A stretch of DNA of 64,000 nucleotides from a virus (lineage: Duplodnaviria; Caudoviricetes): IMG/VR virus record IMGVR_UViG_3300035182_001152. The stretch is one strand, 5' to 3'. Below the pieces are notes generated by a model. It did no database searches. It was not told the origin of the DNA and was given only the letters and a program-made list of their open reading frames with translations. Positions 19,121 through 28,413 of the stretch are shown one piece after another (within the stretch, counting starts at the first letter, position 1; every line of letters starts with the position of its first letter). Both the position numbers and the translations under genes were made by a program.

Positions 19121-20301
19121 CAACAGAACAACGGCACTTCACACCCAGTGTACAGAACGTAACGAACTTCAAGGAATACTTCCTACAGTACGACGGGTTG
19201 AATCACGTCAGCCAAGAGCTTGGCTTTTCCCTGTTTAAGCGGTACACGTGTAAAGCAGGATGCAAGATGTGTTACTTGCAGAACGACTGGATCGCTGACG
19301 AAGACTTCGGTATCTTCATTCCAAAGGAAATTGACGATCACACTGAAGCTCGCCTTTTGTCATTCTTTGAAGCGTTTTCTGACGTCGGCACGTATGATGA
19401 TTTGGCATATTTGAAACGAGCGCACCCACACCTGTATGAGTTCTACAAGAAGCACAGCCACCGCCTCGTTAATACATCAATGTCAGACACCGCTTTCATT
19501 CAGCAGTACCCACTGCTGATGAATGAGCTCAACTTCAAGGGAATCTACGAGATTACGTTTAGTGATGTGTTCCTAAACAAAAAGAGTGGTGGCTTAGCGC
19601 ATGATATAGTCAATATGCTGAAGCCTCTCCACGCAAAGATGCCCCTGCTAAAGATCAAGGTTGTACGAATCACACAGGAAGGTGAGAAGTCTGATGCCGT
19701 CAAGAAGGTCGTCGACTATGCACACAGTATTGGCATAGCAGTTGGCCTGCAAGACGATATCGTCAAGGGCGACAACAACAAGTTGAGCCTTGATGTTGCT
19801 GACTACCAAGAGCTGAATTATTTCGCTCAAGGGTCTGAGCCGATGCAGGTCCTATCAGAGATTACCTACCTGCAATACACGTCGTCGTTTATGACCCTGA
19901 CCGACACAGTATCGCCAACAAGTGTTCCATTCTTTGATGTATTGTCAACGGACGACATCAGCGTATTCCTGTACAACTCCTTAGATGCTAAGTTAAAGAC
20001 GTACACCCGATACACCAAGGAAATGGATAACACATGCGGCAACAAGCTGTTCGACTACTTTGCGTACGTATCAACGTCGGTTGTGCTACATCCAAAGTTT
20101 AACTTCATCCCCCGGATGTCGCTGAAGCCGTGGACGGCAATGTACCATAAGCTGATAGCTCAGGGTTGGACGGAGACCAAGCTTGGTCTGTATCGACCGA
20201 ACGGTGAGCCAGTGACACCAATCTTTACGATCAGCACAAAGCCAAAGCAGAAAATCTATCACATCCCAATCAAGTGCACTCCTGTAGGAGCAACTGTATG
20301 A
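19117..20301 (+). CDS. divergent radical SAM-like protein 3
   Basis: CKAGCKMC cluster motif; no GGEP or SPASM cysteines; ATGA-coupled. Confidence 0.65.
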   Translation: MTTEQRHFTPSVQNVTNFKEYFLQYDGLNHVSQELGFSLFKRYTCKAGCKMCYLQNDWIADEDFGIFIPKEIDDHTEARLLSFFEAFSDVGTYDDLAYLKRAHPHLYEFYKKHSHRLVNTSMSDTAFIQQYPLLMNELNFKGIYEITFSDVFLNKKSGGLAHDIVNMLKPLHAKMPLLKIKVVRITQEGEKSDAVKKVVDYAHSIGIAVGLQDDIVKGDNNKLSLDVADYQELNYFAQGSEPMQVLSEITYLQYTSSFMTLTDTVSPTSVPFFDVLSTDDISVFLYNSLDAKLKTYTRYTKEMDNTCGNKLFDYFAYVSTSVVLHPKFNFIPRMSLKPWTAMYHKLIAQGWTETKLGLYRPNGEPVTPIFTISTKPKQKIYHIPIKCTPVGATV

Positions 20302-21584
20302 GTCTGACCAAATTTGAGATCGTTCGCACAGGCGAACATTTCTACTACAACAACGAGAACAACGGCTTGCTGGACGCCAACGGTAACAGCCTTAGCCGTG
20401 CTTTTGTACCCCCAGCTGATTGGAATCAGCTGGAAGACCGATTCGGTCGCACAGATGTTGTCAAGAACCCCGAAACAATCAAGATCACCCTGGGGCACGG
20501 TTGCAATTACAGTTGTGGCTACTGCATGCAAAAGGACATTGGCAATCCCGACGAGCGACCGGTCAATGGTCTAACACCAATGCTGATCAGCAAGATCCGC
20601 CGCCACCTGGATCTGTCTGAGACGACACGGATTGAACTGTGGGGCGGTGAAACGCTACTGTATTGGAAAGACATGATGCCGATCATGGAAGAATTTGATC
20701 GTGAGGGAGTTACTTGGTACATCCCAACCAATGGTACTCCCCTGATGCACAAGCACATTGACTTCTTCATGAGGTTGAAGGGCAGGGTTGCAATGGGGAT
20801 CTCTCATGATGGGCCTGCGCATGAGATTACGCGAGGCAAGGAGTTCCTGCACAAGAAGGTTGACGTGTTCAAGCGGATCGAAACGGAGTGTGGTGAGCAG
20901 GTACAGTACAGCTTCAACCCCGTTATCAGTCGTACAAATTACGATCTGTTCGAGATCAACGACTTCTTTGTTCGATTCTTTGACGAGCACAGCTTGAAGT
21001 ACAAACAGCTGAGTTTCGAACTCGGGCGCGTGTACGACGAGACGATGGCAAAGAACTCAACGCACCACGTGATCAATGGTGAGCATATCCCAGCGTATAG
21101 GGACGTTCTGACGCGATACATGGATGCTCATATTGAGCAATTCCAACGGCTTGGTGGGGTTACACAAGCTCCCCTACTGGCGAACAATCTGTTCCATACA
21201 GGCATGGGCGTTCTCCCGTATGTGCGTTCGCTGCAGGAGCAAAAGGTTCCCTTGTTGAAGACGAACTGCGGGGTGGACGACAGTCGGTTGATGAGCATGG
21301 ACACGATGGGCAACGTCCGCACCTGCCAAAACACCGACGAATCGTACAATGGCGGCAACTTGATGTACATCAAGGGCATTCGAATCCAACGTGTTGATCT
21401 CAATCGTGATGCACACTGTGGGTCATGTGAAGTCCGTCGTCTCTGCAAGAGCTCATGCCCACTTGACCTCGGATCGGCAACGTTCCAAACCAATTGTGCT
21501 GTTGAGAAGACGCACTACCGGGCGATCCAGTTGGCTGCATTCAAGTTGTTGTTTGACAGTGAGATTCGCATGATTGGCCAGTGA
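20298..21584 (+). CDS. radical SAM/SPASM enzyme 4
   Basis: CNYSCGYC, LWGGETL, PTNG; CGVDD..RTCQN..CGSCEVRRLCKSSCP..NC. Confidence 0.9.
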   Translation: MSLTKFEIVRTGEHFYYNNENNGLLDANGNSLSRAFVPPADWNQLEDRFGRTDVVKNPETIKITLGHGCNYSCGYCMQKDIGNPDERPVNGLTPMLISKIRRHLDLSETTRIELWGGETLLYWKDMMPIMEEFDREGVTWYIPTNGTPLMHKHIDFFMRLKGRVAMGISHDGPAHEITRGKEFLHKKVDVFKRIETECGEQVQYSFNPVISRTNYDLFEINDFFVRFFDEHSLKYKQLSFELGRVYDETMAKNSTHHVINGEHIPAYRDVLTRYMDAHIEQFQRLGGVTQAPLLANNLFHTGMGVLPYVRSLQEQKVPLLKTNCGVDDSRLMSMDTMGNVRTCQNTDESYNGGNLMYIKGIRIQRVDLNRDAHCGSCEVRRLCKSSCPLDLGSATFQTNCAVEKTHYRAIQLAAFKLLFDSEIRMIGQ

Positions 21585-21653
21585 TGTCTGACGGAGAGCG
21601 GATGTGCAAACCCATAAATACTCACACATCCATCTCACGGAGTTAGGCATACA

Positions 21654-23465
21654 ATGACCAATTACGTATTCAAGCACAGCGACCCTGCAGCAGGTTCGTT
21701 TCTAGTTCAAGCAGACCAGATCGACGGTACGTCGCGTCCTGGTAATGCGGCATTGTACATCAACCCCGTCTCAGGCCTCTCTGCAATCTCAGCCAATTCC
21801 TCTCTCGTCTTCGCTGGACAGGGAATTGTTGACTACGGCGAACTAGTGCAGAACAATCTGATCTACTTGATGGAGCACTTTGCCTATGCAACACGCCCTC
21901 TAAAGCCTGTACAGGGTCAGATTTGGTACAAAAACGCAGCAGGTGTAGACCCGTCCTTCCCGAGCGACCCATCTTCGGTCGGTCTTTATCTGTGGACAGG
22001 ATCACTCTGGACGCCGATCATTACTGGTGCAGGCGGCGTACTTGACATGGGCGGCGCTCGTGTAGCTAACGTTGGAGATGCAATATCCGCCGGTGACGCA
22101 GTTAGCCGTGGCTACGCAGATGCACGCTACTTGCAGCTGTCTGGCGGCACAATGACCGGTGCAGTTATGGTTGCATCAGGCAACTGGACATTTAATTCCG
22201 GCGTTTCTCTGTCAGTGACAAACGCTCCGACAACCAGTTTGCATGTTGCCAATAAGGCATACGTAGACGCTGCTTCTGCCACGTCTGCCGGCCTAGTTTC
22301 TACTGAAGCTACTACCCGCGCAGCAGCTGATAGCGCACTTTCGTCCAGCATCTCTACGATCAACTCACAACTGCCAAACTTTGTTCAAGTTACTGGCGAT
22401 ACGATGACAGGCACACTGTCGATCGACTCTGGCGGTGGTATCGTTGCCCTCAACGGTTCCGGCACTATTAGTTTTGGCTCTCGTCGCTTGCAGCTCGTCG
22501 GAGACCCTATTCTAAACACTGACGCGGCAAACCGAATCTACGTTGATACAGCGATCGCTACGGCAATTGCGGGCGTTGGCGCTGGATCTAGTGATGGTGT
22601 AGTTGTTAGTGGTGACTTGAATTCATCAACTGGCGTGTTGACTCTTCAGCGCAGCATGGGTCTCTCAGACGTGGTTGTAGTCGGCTCGTTCGCTCCATTC
22701 TCACACGCCCACCCTGCGACCGCGGTTACATACGATCTGTCGTACGTGTATCCACAAAGCTACTTGACGACGTCGGAAGTAGGTGACACAGGCTTCCCCA
22801 ATGTCCAACTGCAAGACATTATTCGCACAATTGACCAAAATTTGACGACATTGAACCGTTGCGTTGTTCGCAAATTGGCCGTCGGCGACGGCATAACTAC
22901 TACATATTCCGTAGGCGCTGTTGGTACCTACACTGTGGGAGATAATCGTCTGCAGGTGTTTGTTGATGGTGTCAAACAGTACGCTAGTGAGCACGGGATC
23001 AGCACTGTTGTATTCACAGATACGGGTATTGGATATCGATCAGTAATCCCAGGCGTCACGGGTGCGCCTCTCGTGTTCAACATCGCAGTGGACAGTGGTC
23101 CTCCAACAACTGTTTCAATTCCAACAGGGGCGGGATACACGTACTTGCAGTATTTCATTGACCTGCAGGCTGCTTTTAGTACACTGTCTATCCCTGCACA
23201 AGTTCGTGCGGACCAATTCTTTGACCGCATTGAGTTGTACTTTGTGTCCAACACTTCAGGTGCAGGATCTAGTGTATTAGTATCAAACACAGCAGGCCAA
23301 GCTTTTACTGTGATTACCACAGCGTCTGCGCCTGTTAACACGTCTGTGACAACGTCATACTCCTACAGCGAAGTCGGCAACCCTGGTGCAGATTCAACCT
23401 CCATCACATTCAACGTAGCACCTGATGCGGGTTCTGTTGTTGAATTTCTAACCTTCCCTGCTTAA
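21654..23465 (+). CDS. virion structural protein, paralogue of 11708..13036
   Basis: FAGQGIVDYGELVQNNLIYLMEHFA, repeated DA..K/RxYVD fibre motifs, CATAAATA promoter at 21613. Confidence 0.75.
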   Translation: MTNYVFKHSDPAAGSFLVQADQIDGTSRPGNAALYINPVSGLSAISANSSLVFAGQGIVDYGELVQNNLIYLMEHFAYATRPLKPVQGQIWYKNAAGVDPSFPSDPSSVGLYLWTGSLWTPIITGAGGVLDMGGARVANVGDAISAGDAVSRGYADARYLQLSGGTMTGAVMVASGNWTFNSGVSLSVTNAPTTSLHVANKAYVDAASATSAGLVSTEATTRAAADSALSSSISTINSQLPNFVQVTGDTMTGTLSIDSGGGIVALNGSGTISFGSRRLQLVGDPILNTDAANRIYVDTAIATAIAGVGAGSSDGVVVSGDLNSSTGVLTLQRSMGLSDVVVVGSFAPFSHAHPATAVTYDLSYVYPQSYLTTSEVGDTGFPNVQLQDIIRTIDQNLTTLNRCVVRKLAVGDGITTTYSVGAVGTYTVGDNRLQVFVDGVKQYASEHGISTVVFTDTGIGYRSVIPGVTGAPLVFNIAVDSGPPTTVSIPTGAGYTYLQYFIDLQAAFSTLSIPAQVRADQFFDRIELYFVSNTSGAGSSVLVSNTAGQAFTVITTASAPVNTSVTTSYSYSEVGNPGADSTSITFNVAPDAGSVVEFLTFPA

Positions 23466-23466
23466 T

Positions 23467-23850
23467 ATGCGACCACAACACCGTCAGATGCTAGACACCA
23501 TTAAGGCTCTCAGCAGTGAAATTATTCCTGATAACATGACGCGGCAAGAAGATCCAAAGGGCGTGATGGAATGCTCTCTGTATGCTGCCTTGTATCAGGG
23601 AATGTACAACGTTCCACTAGAGATGAACAAATTGATTGAATTCTACGACGAAACTGTCGAAGGATTCTACCATACGATCAATCCGTATATCCTGCTCGGC
23701 TGCGCCCTGGAAATCGTTGACAAGGATGTTGCACTGTCAGTACCTGAAGATATGTTCACATTCACTACACGTCTAATGGATATGTTTGGTCCTTCAATCA
23801 CTGTTGATCAGTTTCTCTATGAGGTTAACCACGATGTCAACTACGTATAA
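23467..23850 (+). CDS. hypothetical protein
   Basis: 127-aa ORF. Confidence 0.6.
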   Translation: MRPQHRQMLDTIKALSSEIIPDNMTRQEDPKGVMECSLYAALYQGMYNVPLEMNKLIEFYDETVEGFYHTINPYILLGCALEIVDKDVALSVPEDMFTFTTRLMDMFGPSITVDQFLYEVNHDVNYV

Positions 23851-24439
23851 GTGGGTTACTTTGCTGGATAAGCCAAATGCTGTCAAAGTTGGCCGCACAA
23901 TGGGCATTTGTATGGGAAACCCAGCAGATCAATCATACATCCACATGCACGCGGATAGGTTAGTTGCACATTGTCTTGAAGATTCAAACGGCGTTGCGAC
24001 TGCTGTATTCTTCCATCACCCTGAATGGGATGCTGTGTCAGCAATTGGTGGAATTCGTGCCGTACCTTTCAACAATGGTGAATTTGCTGTGGAGTTTTGT
24101 CAACGCTTCAACGAGCTTGGTGTAAAGCGAACGCTTAACTCCTCTGCTCGCAGGGCGGGTTACTGCCAAGTCAACGGTTCGTGGACGAATACTCACTTGT
24201 TTTCAGAGGGGATGGTTGTTGATCATCCCCTTAATTTGACCAACTTTACCCGACTTCACTCCCTACCCGACAACATGACCGTCAACGGTGATCTAATCCT
24301 GGCTCGCACGAGTCTGGTATATCTTCCCAAGAATCTGACCGTCAAAGGAACGCTCGATATTCGGTTCAGTCCAATCTGGACGCGTCCCGAGGGTCTCAAC
24401 GTTGAAAAAATTCGTACACACGCCGGAAAAGTGCTGTAA
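23834..24439 (+). CDS. hypothetical protein with short LRR-like C-terminal repeats
   Basis: LPDNMTVNGDLIL, LPKNLTVKGTLDI. Confidence 0.6.
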   Translation: MSTTYKWVTLLDKPNAVKVGRTMGICMGNPADQSYIHMHADRLVAHCLEDSNGVATAVFFHHPEWDAVSAIGGIRAVPFNNGEFAVEFCQRFNELGVKRTLNSSARRAGYCQVNGSWTNTHLFSEGMVVDHPLNLTNFTRLHSLPDNMTVNGDLILARTSLVYLPKNLTVKGTLDIRFSPIWTRPEGLNVEKIRTHAGKVL

Positions 24440-24448
24440 AGGAACACC

Positions 24449-24847
24449 ATGTCACAACCAAAAATTCACGCAAGTGCACTATCTCTGACGGAGGCTTTTC
24501 AAGTGGTAGCCAGTGACGAAACCACAGCTCTAACAACGGGCGCTGCAAAGGTAACGTTTCGGATGCCTTATGCATTTACGTTGACATATGTGCGCGGTTC
24601 TCTGACGACAGCGCAGGCCTCTGGCACCCCGGTTCAGTTTGATGTAAAGATGAACGGCACATCGATTTTTTCAACGCTCCCAACGTTTGACAATACGGAA
24701 AAGACAACGACAACTGCAGCTACACCAGGTGTATTGTCAAACACCACATTGACGGACGATTCAGAAATCACTGTTAGCGTCACTGCTGTAGACGGAGCCA
24801 CTGCTGCAGCTGGATTGAAGGTTTCCTTGATTGGTGCTCGTGCATGA
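24449..24847 (+). CDS. virion structural beta-domain protein
   Basis: Thr/Ala-rich, VTFRMPYAFTLT..DVKMNGTSIFST. Confidence 0.65.
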   Translation: MSQPKIHASALSLTEAFQVVASDETTALTTGAAKVTFRMPYAFTLTYVRGSLTTAQASGTPVQFDVKMNGTSIFSTLPTFDNTEKTTTTAATPGVLSNTTLTDDSEITVSVTAVDGATAAAGLKVSLIGARA

Positions 24848-25556
24848 TTTCATTCTGAAAGCGACCATTACGTCGCCTCCGCTTGTCAATCCAACATTTT
24901 CAAACGTAGTGCTGTTGATGCACATGGATGGGACAAACGGTAGTACCACATTTACAGACAGCAGTACAACTACCAAGACTGCTGTAGCAGGCGGCGCCGC
25001 ATCAATCAGCACTGCCTCGCTGAAGTTCGGTACGGGCGCGGCGTCTATCTACAACTCCAGTACAGGCAAGGTTACTGTCAACTATCACACCGACTTTGAG
25101 TTTGGTTCTGGCGACTTTACCATTGAATTCTGGGTGTATTTTACCGACCTGTCATCGTATCCAATGATTATCATCAAGAGTACGGGTACGGGTTACTCCC
25201 CGTGGACTGTTTTCGTCAATGGTGGATACTTCTGCGCCCGCGTGTTTGATGACGGCACTACACCAACTAAGCAAGTAGACATTACAGGAACAACAGCAGT
25301 GACTACGGGCACGTGGTATTTTGTTCAGCTACGTCGCCGCAGCAACGTCTTCGCTCTAGCCGTTAACGGTGTGCAAGAGGCTACCACATCTGCTTTGACG
25401 TCCTTCAATGTATTCTCTTCAACAGCTGACATTACGCTTGGTAACTATCCGTCAGGCACGGACTCCCCACTGTACGGATATATCGACGATCTGCGGTTGA
25501 TTAAGGGCCAATCTATGGACTTTAACCTGCCAACAGCTGCGTTCCCGAACAGCTAA
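24831..25556 (+). CDS. LamG/concanavalin-A-like tail domain protein
   Basis: NVVLLMHMDGTNGSTTFTD, SGDFTIEFWVY, GYIDDLRLIKG; start uncertain. Confidence 0.8.
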   Translation: MVLVHDFILKATITSPPLVNPTFSNVVLLMHMDGTNGSTTFTDSSTTTKTAVAGGAASISTASLKFGTGAASIYNSSTGKVTVNYHTDFEFGSGDFTIEFWVYFTDLSSYPMIIIKSTGTGYSPWTVFVNGGYFCARVFDDGTTPTKQVDITGTTAVTTGTWYFVQLRRRSNVFALAVNGVQEATTSALTSFNVFSSTADITLGNYPSGTDSPLYGYIDDLRLIKGQSMDFNLPTAAFPNS

Positions 25557-25577
25557 AGCAAATAGTATGATGTCAAG

Positions 25578-26156
25578 ATGGATATTGACATCGACTTCAA
25601 GACAACGTTTGACCCGTGCCGCATTATGAGGCAGGCCATTCCTGCTTCTATGGTCAAAAATGGTGCACTCGTAAAGCACAACTGTGGGCACTACTTTCAG
25701 CAAATTCCAATTGACAAAGTCACGGGATTTGCTGCGATTCCGTATGAAGAGGCGGAAGCTCTTGGGTATTTTAAGATCGACTTCCTACACTTGTCCGTGT
25801 TGGATTCGTTCGACAGCAAGGCTGAAATGCGCGAGATGCTTCAGCGAGAGCCTGATTGGTCAATATTGCTCGATGAATCGCAAGTGCCAAAGTTGTTCCA
25901 CGTTGGTAAGTATGCTGATTTGCTCACACGAATCAAACCAAACTCCGTGCAACAGTTGGCGGATTGTCTTGCCTTGATTCGCCCTGCGAAGAGATACTTG
26001 CTGAGCAAGTATATGAAAGATAAGGACAGCCTGGCCACCCGACGTGAACTATATCAAAAGGTTGAAGGCGCCTACTACTTCAAGAAGTCACACGCTATCT
26101 CTTACGCGTTAACCATTACACTGCAACTGCACCTAATCTCTCAAGGTCGCCTATAA
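25578..26156 (+). CDS. DnaE (Pol III alpha)-like fragment 2, catalytic palm
   Basis: MDIDIDF, KHNCG, YFKIDFL, CLALIRP, FKKSHAISYA. Confidence 0.8.
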   Translation: MDIDIDFKTTFDPCRIMRQAIPASMVKNGALVKHNCGHYFQQIPIDKVTGFAAIPYEEAEALGYFKIDFLHLSVLDSFDSKAEMREMLQREPDWSILLDESQVPKLFHVGKYADLLTRIKPNSVQQLADCLALIRPAKRYLLSKYMKDKDSLATRRELYQKVEGAYYFKKSHAISYALTITLQLHLISQGRL

Positions 26157-26180
26157 ATACCCCCAACAACGGAGATTCAC

Positions 26181-26624
26181 ATGCGACTTTTGACAGCAAT
26201 GCACCCAACAGATAACCAGAAGCGAGTTCTTGCTAAGATCGCCGCCGCTCCTACGCCTACAGTGGCAGCTTCAGAGATTTCAGCTGATGCAAATCTGGTT
26301 GCTGCACGTAATCTGCTGATGAAGCTCGGCATGATCACGTACACTGATGGCAACGCAGAAATGACCGACCAAGGTCGCAAGGTCGCGACCGACGAAAACA
26401 TCATCGACCAGGGTGGCGAATTGACGCAGGCTGGTCAGCAGCTTGCCTACTCTGACTCTCAGGGTCAACAGACACCAGACAATGGTGCATCGCCACCCGC
26501 TGGGGCTGATGCTGGTCTTGACAGCATGGCGGGGCCGGATGATATGGGAGGCGCTCCGGGAGGAGACCCATTCAGCATGGAAAGCTACCAGCCAATGTCA
26601 CTCCTCAAAGAACTGCTCGGCTGA
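26181..26624 (+). CDS. late hypothetical protein
   Basis: TATAAATA at 26152 and GGAG RBS. Confidence 0.7.
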   Translation: MRLLTAMHPTDNQKRVLAKIAAAPTPTVAASEISADANLVAARNLLMKLGMITYTDGNAEMTDQGRKVATDENIIDQGGELTQAGQQLAYSDSQGQQTPDNGASPPAGADAGLDSMAGPDDMGGAPGGDPFSMESYQPMSLLKELLG

Positions 26625-27113
26625 GGAGCGCGTGCTCATTTCCACGCTTGGTGGAATTGGCTTGCGGCGGCGGCGCTTAATGCTTTTGACTGTTCCCATT
26701 GGATACTTGGGAACCGGACCAATGATTCGAGATACAAACTCGATATTGAGTGCACGGTACACTCGCGACGTCATGGGTGTCATTCCACGACGAGAGAACT
26801 CAATTGAGATTGGATAGTTACCACGATTTGTGGTGTACCATTCTGTCGCTGCTTGAATTACCACTTCTTCGTTGACGTGCTCAGGGCCGCACAAATCCAG
26901 CACATAAGCGCGGATCACTTCATCGTCTGCGTTATCGACAATCACCAGCATCGGCGCCTTTCGATACTGAATCAGGGTGATGAACGGGAACCCCGCGTAG
27001 TCCTTAGGATGTGGTTCTACGATCAGAGGAACTGAGGACTTCTTCCCTTCTCCTGCGGGAACACGTCCCTTTGTAGCAGGCTTTGGTGTAGTAGTCGCTT
27101 TCTTTATGGCCAT
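26598..27113 (-). CDS. hypothetical protein
   Basis: ATG 27113 with GGAG RBS, 171 aa. Confidence 0.7.
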   Translation of the reverse strand: MAIKKATTTPKPATKGRVPAGEGKKSSVPLIVEPHPKDYAGFPFITLIQYRKAPMLVIVDNADDEVIRAYVLDLCGPEHVNEEVVIQAATEWYTTNRGNYPISIEFSRRGMTPMTSRVYRALNIEFVSRIIGPVPKYPMGTVKSIKRRRRKPIPPSVEMSTRSSAEQFFEE

Positions 27114-27225
27114 ATGATTCTCCGAGTTGCGGCTATTTATGGCACGGTTACACAGGGGGCAATACAGTATCAGGGTATTGGTGCCAGGTGAAAAAGTGCA
27201 GGTAAATATCCGAACAGGAGATTTT

Positions 27226-27846
27226 ATGGCCTTCACACTACCAAAACTTGAATACGCCCAGGACGCACTCGAGCCTCACATTTCGAAGGAAGTGGTCCAC
27301 TTCCACTACGACAAGCACACAAAAAAGTACTTCGAAAAGGCCAACGAATTGGCAAAGGGCACTGTGTTTGCATCGAAATCGCTCGATGATGTGATTTCGA
27401 AGACGTCAGTTCTCAAAATGGATACGGCGCTATTTAACAACGTCAGTCAGGCGTTTAATCATGCCTTTTACTGGAAATGCCTAGCTCCTACCGATAAGGT
27501 TGGGAAGCCATCAGAGGCGCTTGCCGAAGCGATTAAGGAGCAGTTTGAAACTGTGGCCAAATTTAAGGCAGAATTTATCGAGCAAGCTACGAAAGCATTT
27601 GGTTCTGCATGGGTCTGGGCTGTGTTGAAGGACGGCAAGGTCCAAATTAAGACCACCCCAAATGCCAACTCTCCGCTAACTGAGCAGAACTCAATTCCGT
27701 TATTCGTGTGCGATGTGTGGGAGCATGCATGGCTGTATGATGAGAAATTTTGGGCTAATAAGCCAGCTTACCTCCAGGCCTTCTGGCATGTGTTAAACTG
27801 GAACTTTGTTAACGAGAACTTCGAGAATGCCACGACCACCAAATAA
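27226..27846 (+). CDS. sodB: Fe/Mn superoxide dismutase (Fe-type signature)
   Basis: LPKLEYAQDALEPHIS, SQAFNHAFYW, FGSAWVW, DVWEHAW. Confidence 0.9.
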   Translation: MAFTLPKLEYAQDALEPHISKEVVHFHYDKHTKKYFEKANELAKGTVFASKSLDDVISKTSVLKMDTALFNNVSQAFNHAFYWKCLAPTDKVGKPSEALAEAIKEQFETVAKFKAEFIEQATKAFGSAWVWAVLKDGKVQIKTTPNANSPLTEQNSIPLFVCDVWEHAWLYDEKFWANKPAYLQAFWHVLNWNFVNENFENATTTK

Positions 27847-28413
27847 ATTCCGAGAAGCTGCAAGGTTGATGCACAGTGTTCGGTTTTTGATCCAACCCCG
27901 TGCCCAAAGGGCCACGTTGCAGAACGCCTAACCTCTAGTGGAATCTGCGTTGTTTGCAATAACGAAAAGACAAAGCGCCTGTATCACAGTAACGCAAAAA
28001 TTCGCGCACGAGCTTGCGAAACTAGTCGAGCCCACCATGAAAATGTTGGCACCAAATGGTATCACGACAATAAAGTTCGTGCCTCCCAATTAAACAAGGC
28101 GTGGAGGGAAGAACACCGAGATGAGTTCAGCAAATATACGGTTCAGTGGCGCCGAGCTAACCTCGACAAGTTAACAAAAAATGCAAGCGCTTATCGTGCA
28201 TCAAAGCTGCTGGCTACCCCTTCTTGGGCCGATCACGATAAGATTCAGCAATTCTACACTGAAGCTCAGCGGCTGACTAAAGAAACTGGAATCAAGTACA
28301 CAGTGGATCACCAGATTCCATTGAACAGTGATCTCGTTTGTGGATTGCACGTAGAGCACAACCTACAGCTGCTAACGCTGTCGGAGAATAGTGCCAAAGG
28401 TAACAGATTATGA
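27847..28413 (+). CDS. HNH homing endonuclease lacking a canonical start (not in the ORF track)
   Basis: Open frame directly after the SOD TAA: FDPTPCPKGHVAER..SGICVVC...TVDHQIPLNSDLVCGLHVEHNLQLL. Confidence 0.7.
   Translation: MPRSCKVDAQCSVFDPTPCPKGHVAERLTSSGICVVCNNEKTKRLYHSNAKIRARACETSRAHHENVGTKWYHDNKVRASQLNKAWREEHRDEFSKYTVQWRRANLDKLTKNASAYRASKLLATPSWADHDKIQQFYTEAQRLTKETGIKYTVDHQIPLNSDLVCGLHVEHNLQLLTLSENSAKGNRL

Noticed and set aside
24831-24860. Programmed frameshift from the ATGA-coupled ATG at 24844 into the LamG frame
   Set aside because: No slippery site; in-frame TTG/GTG starts after GAAGG explain expression. A 1-nt sequencing deletion is not excluded
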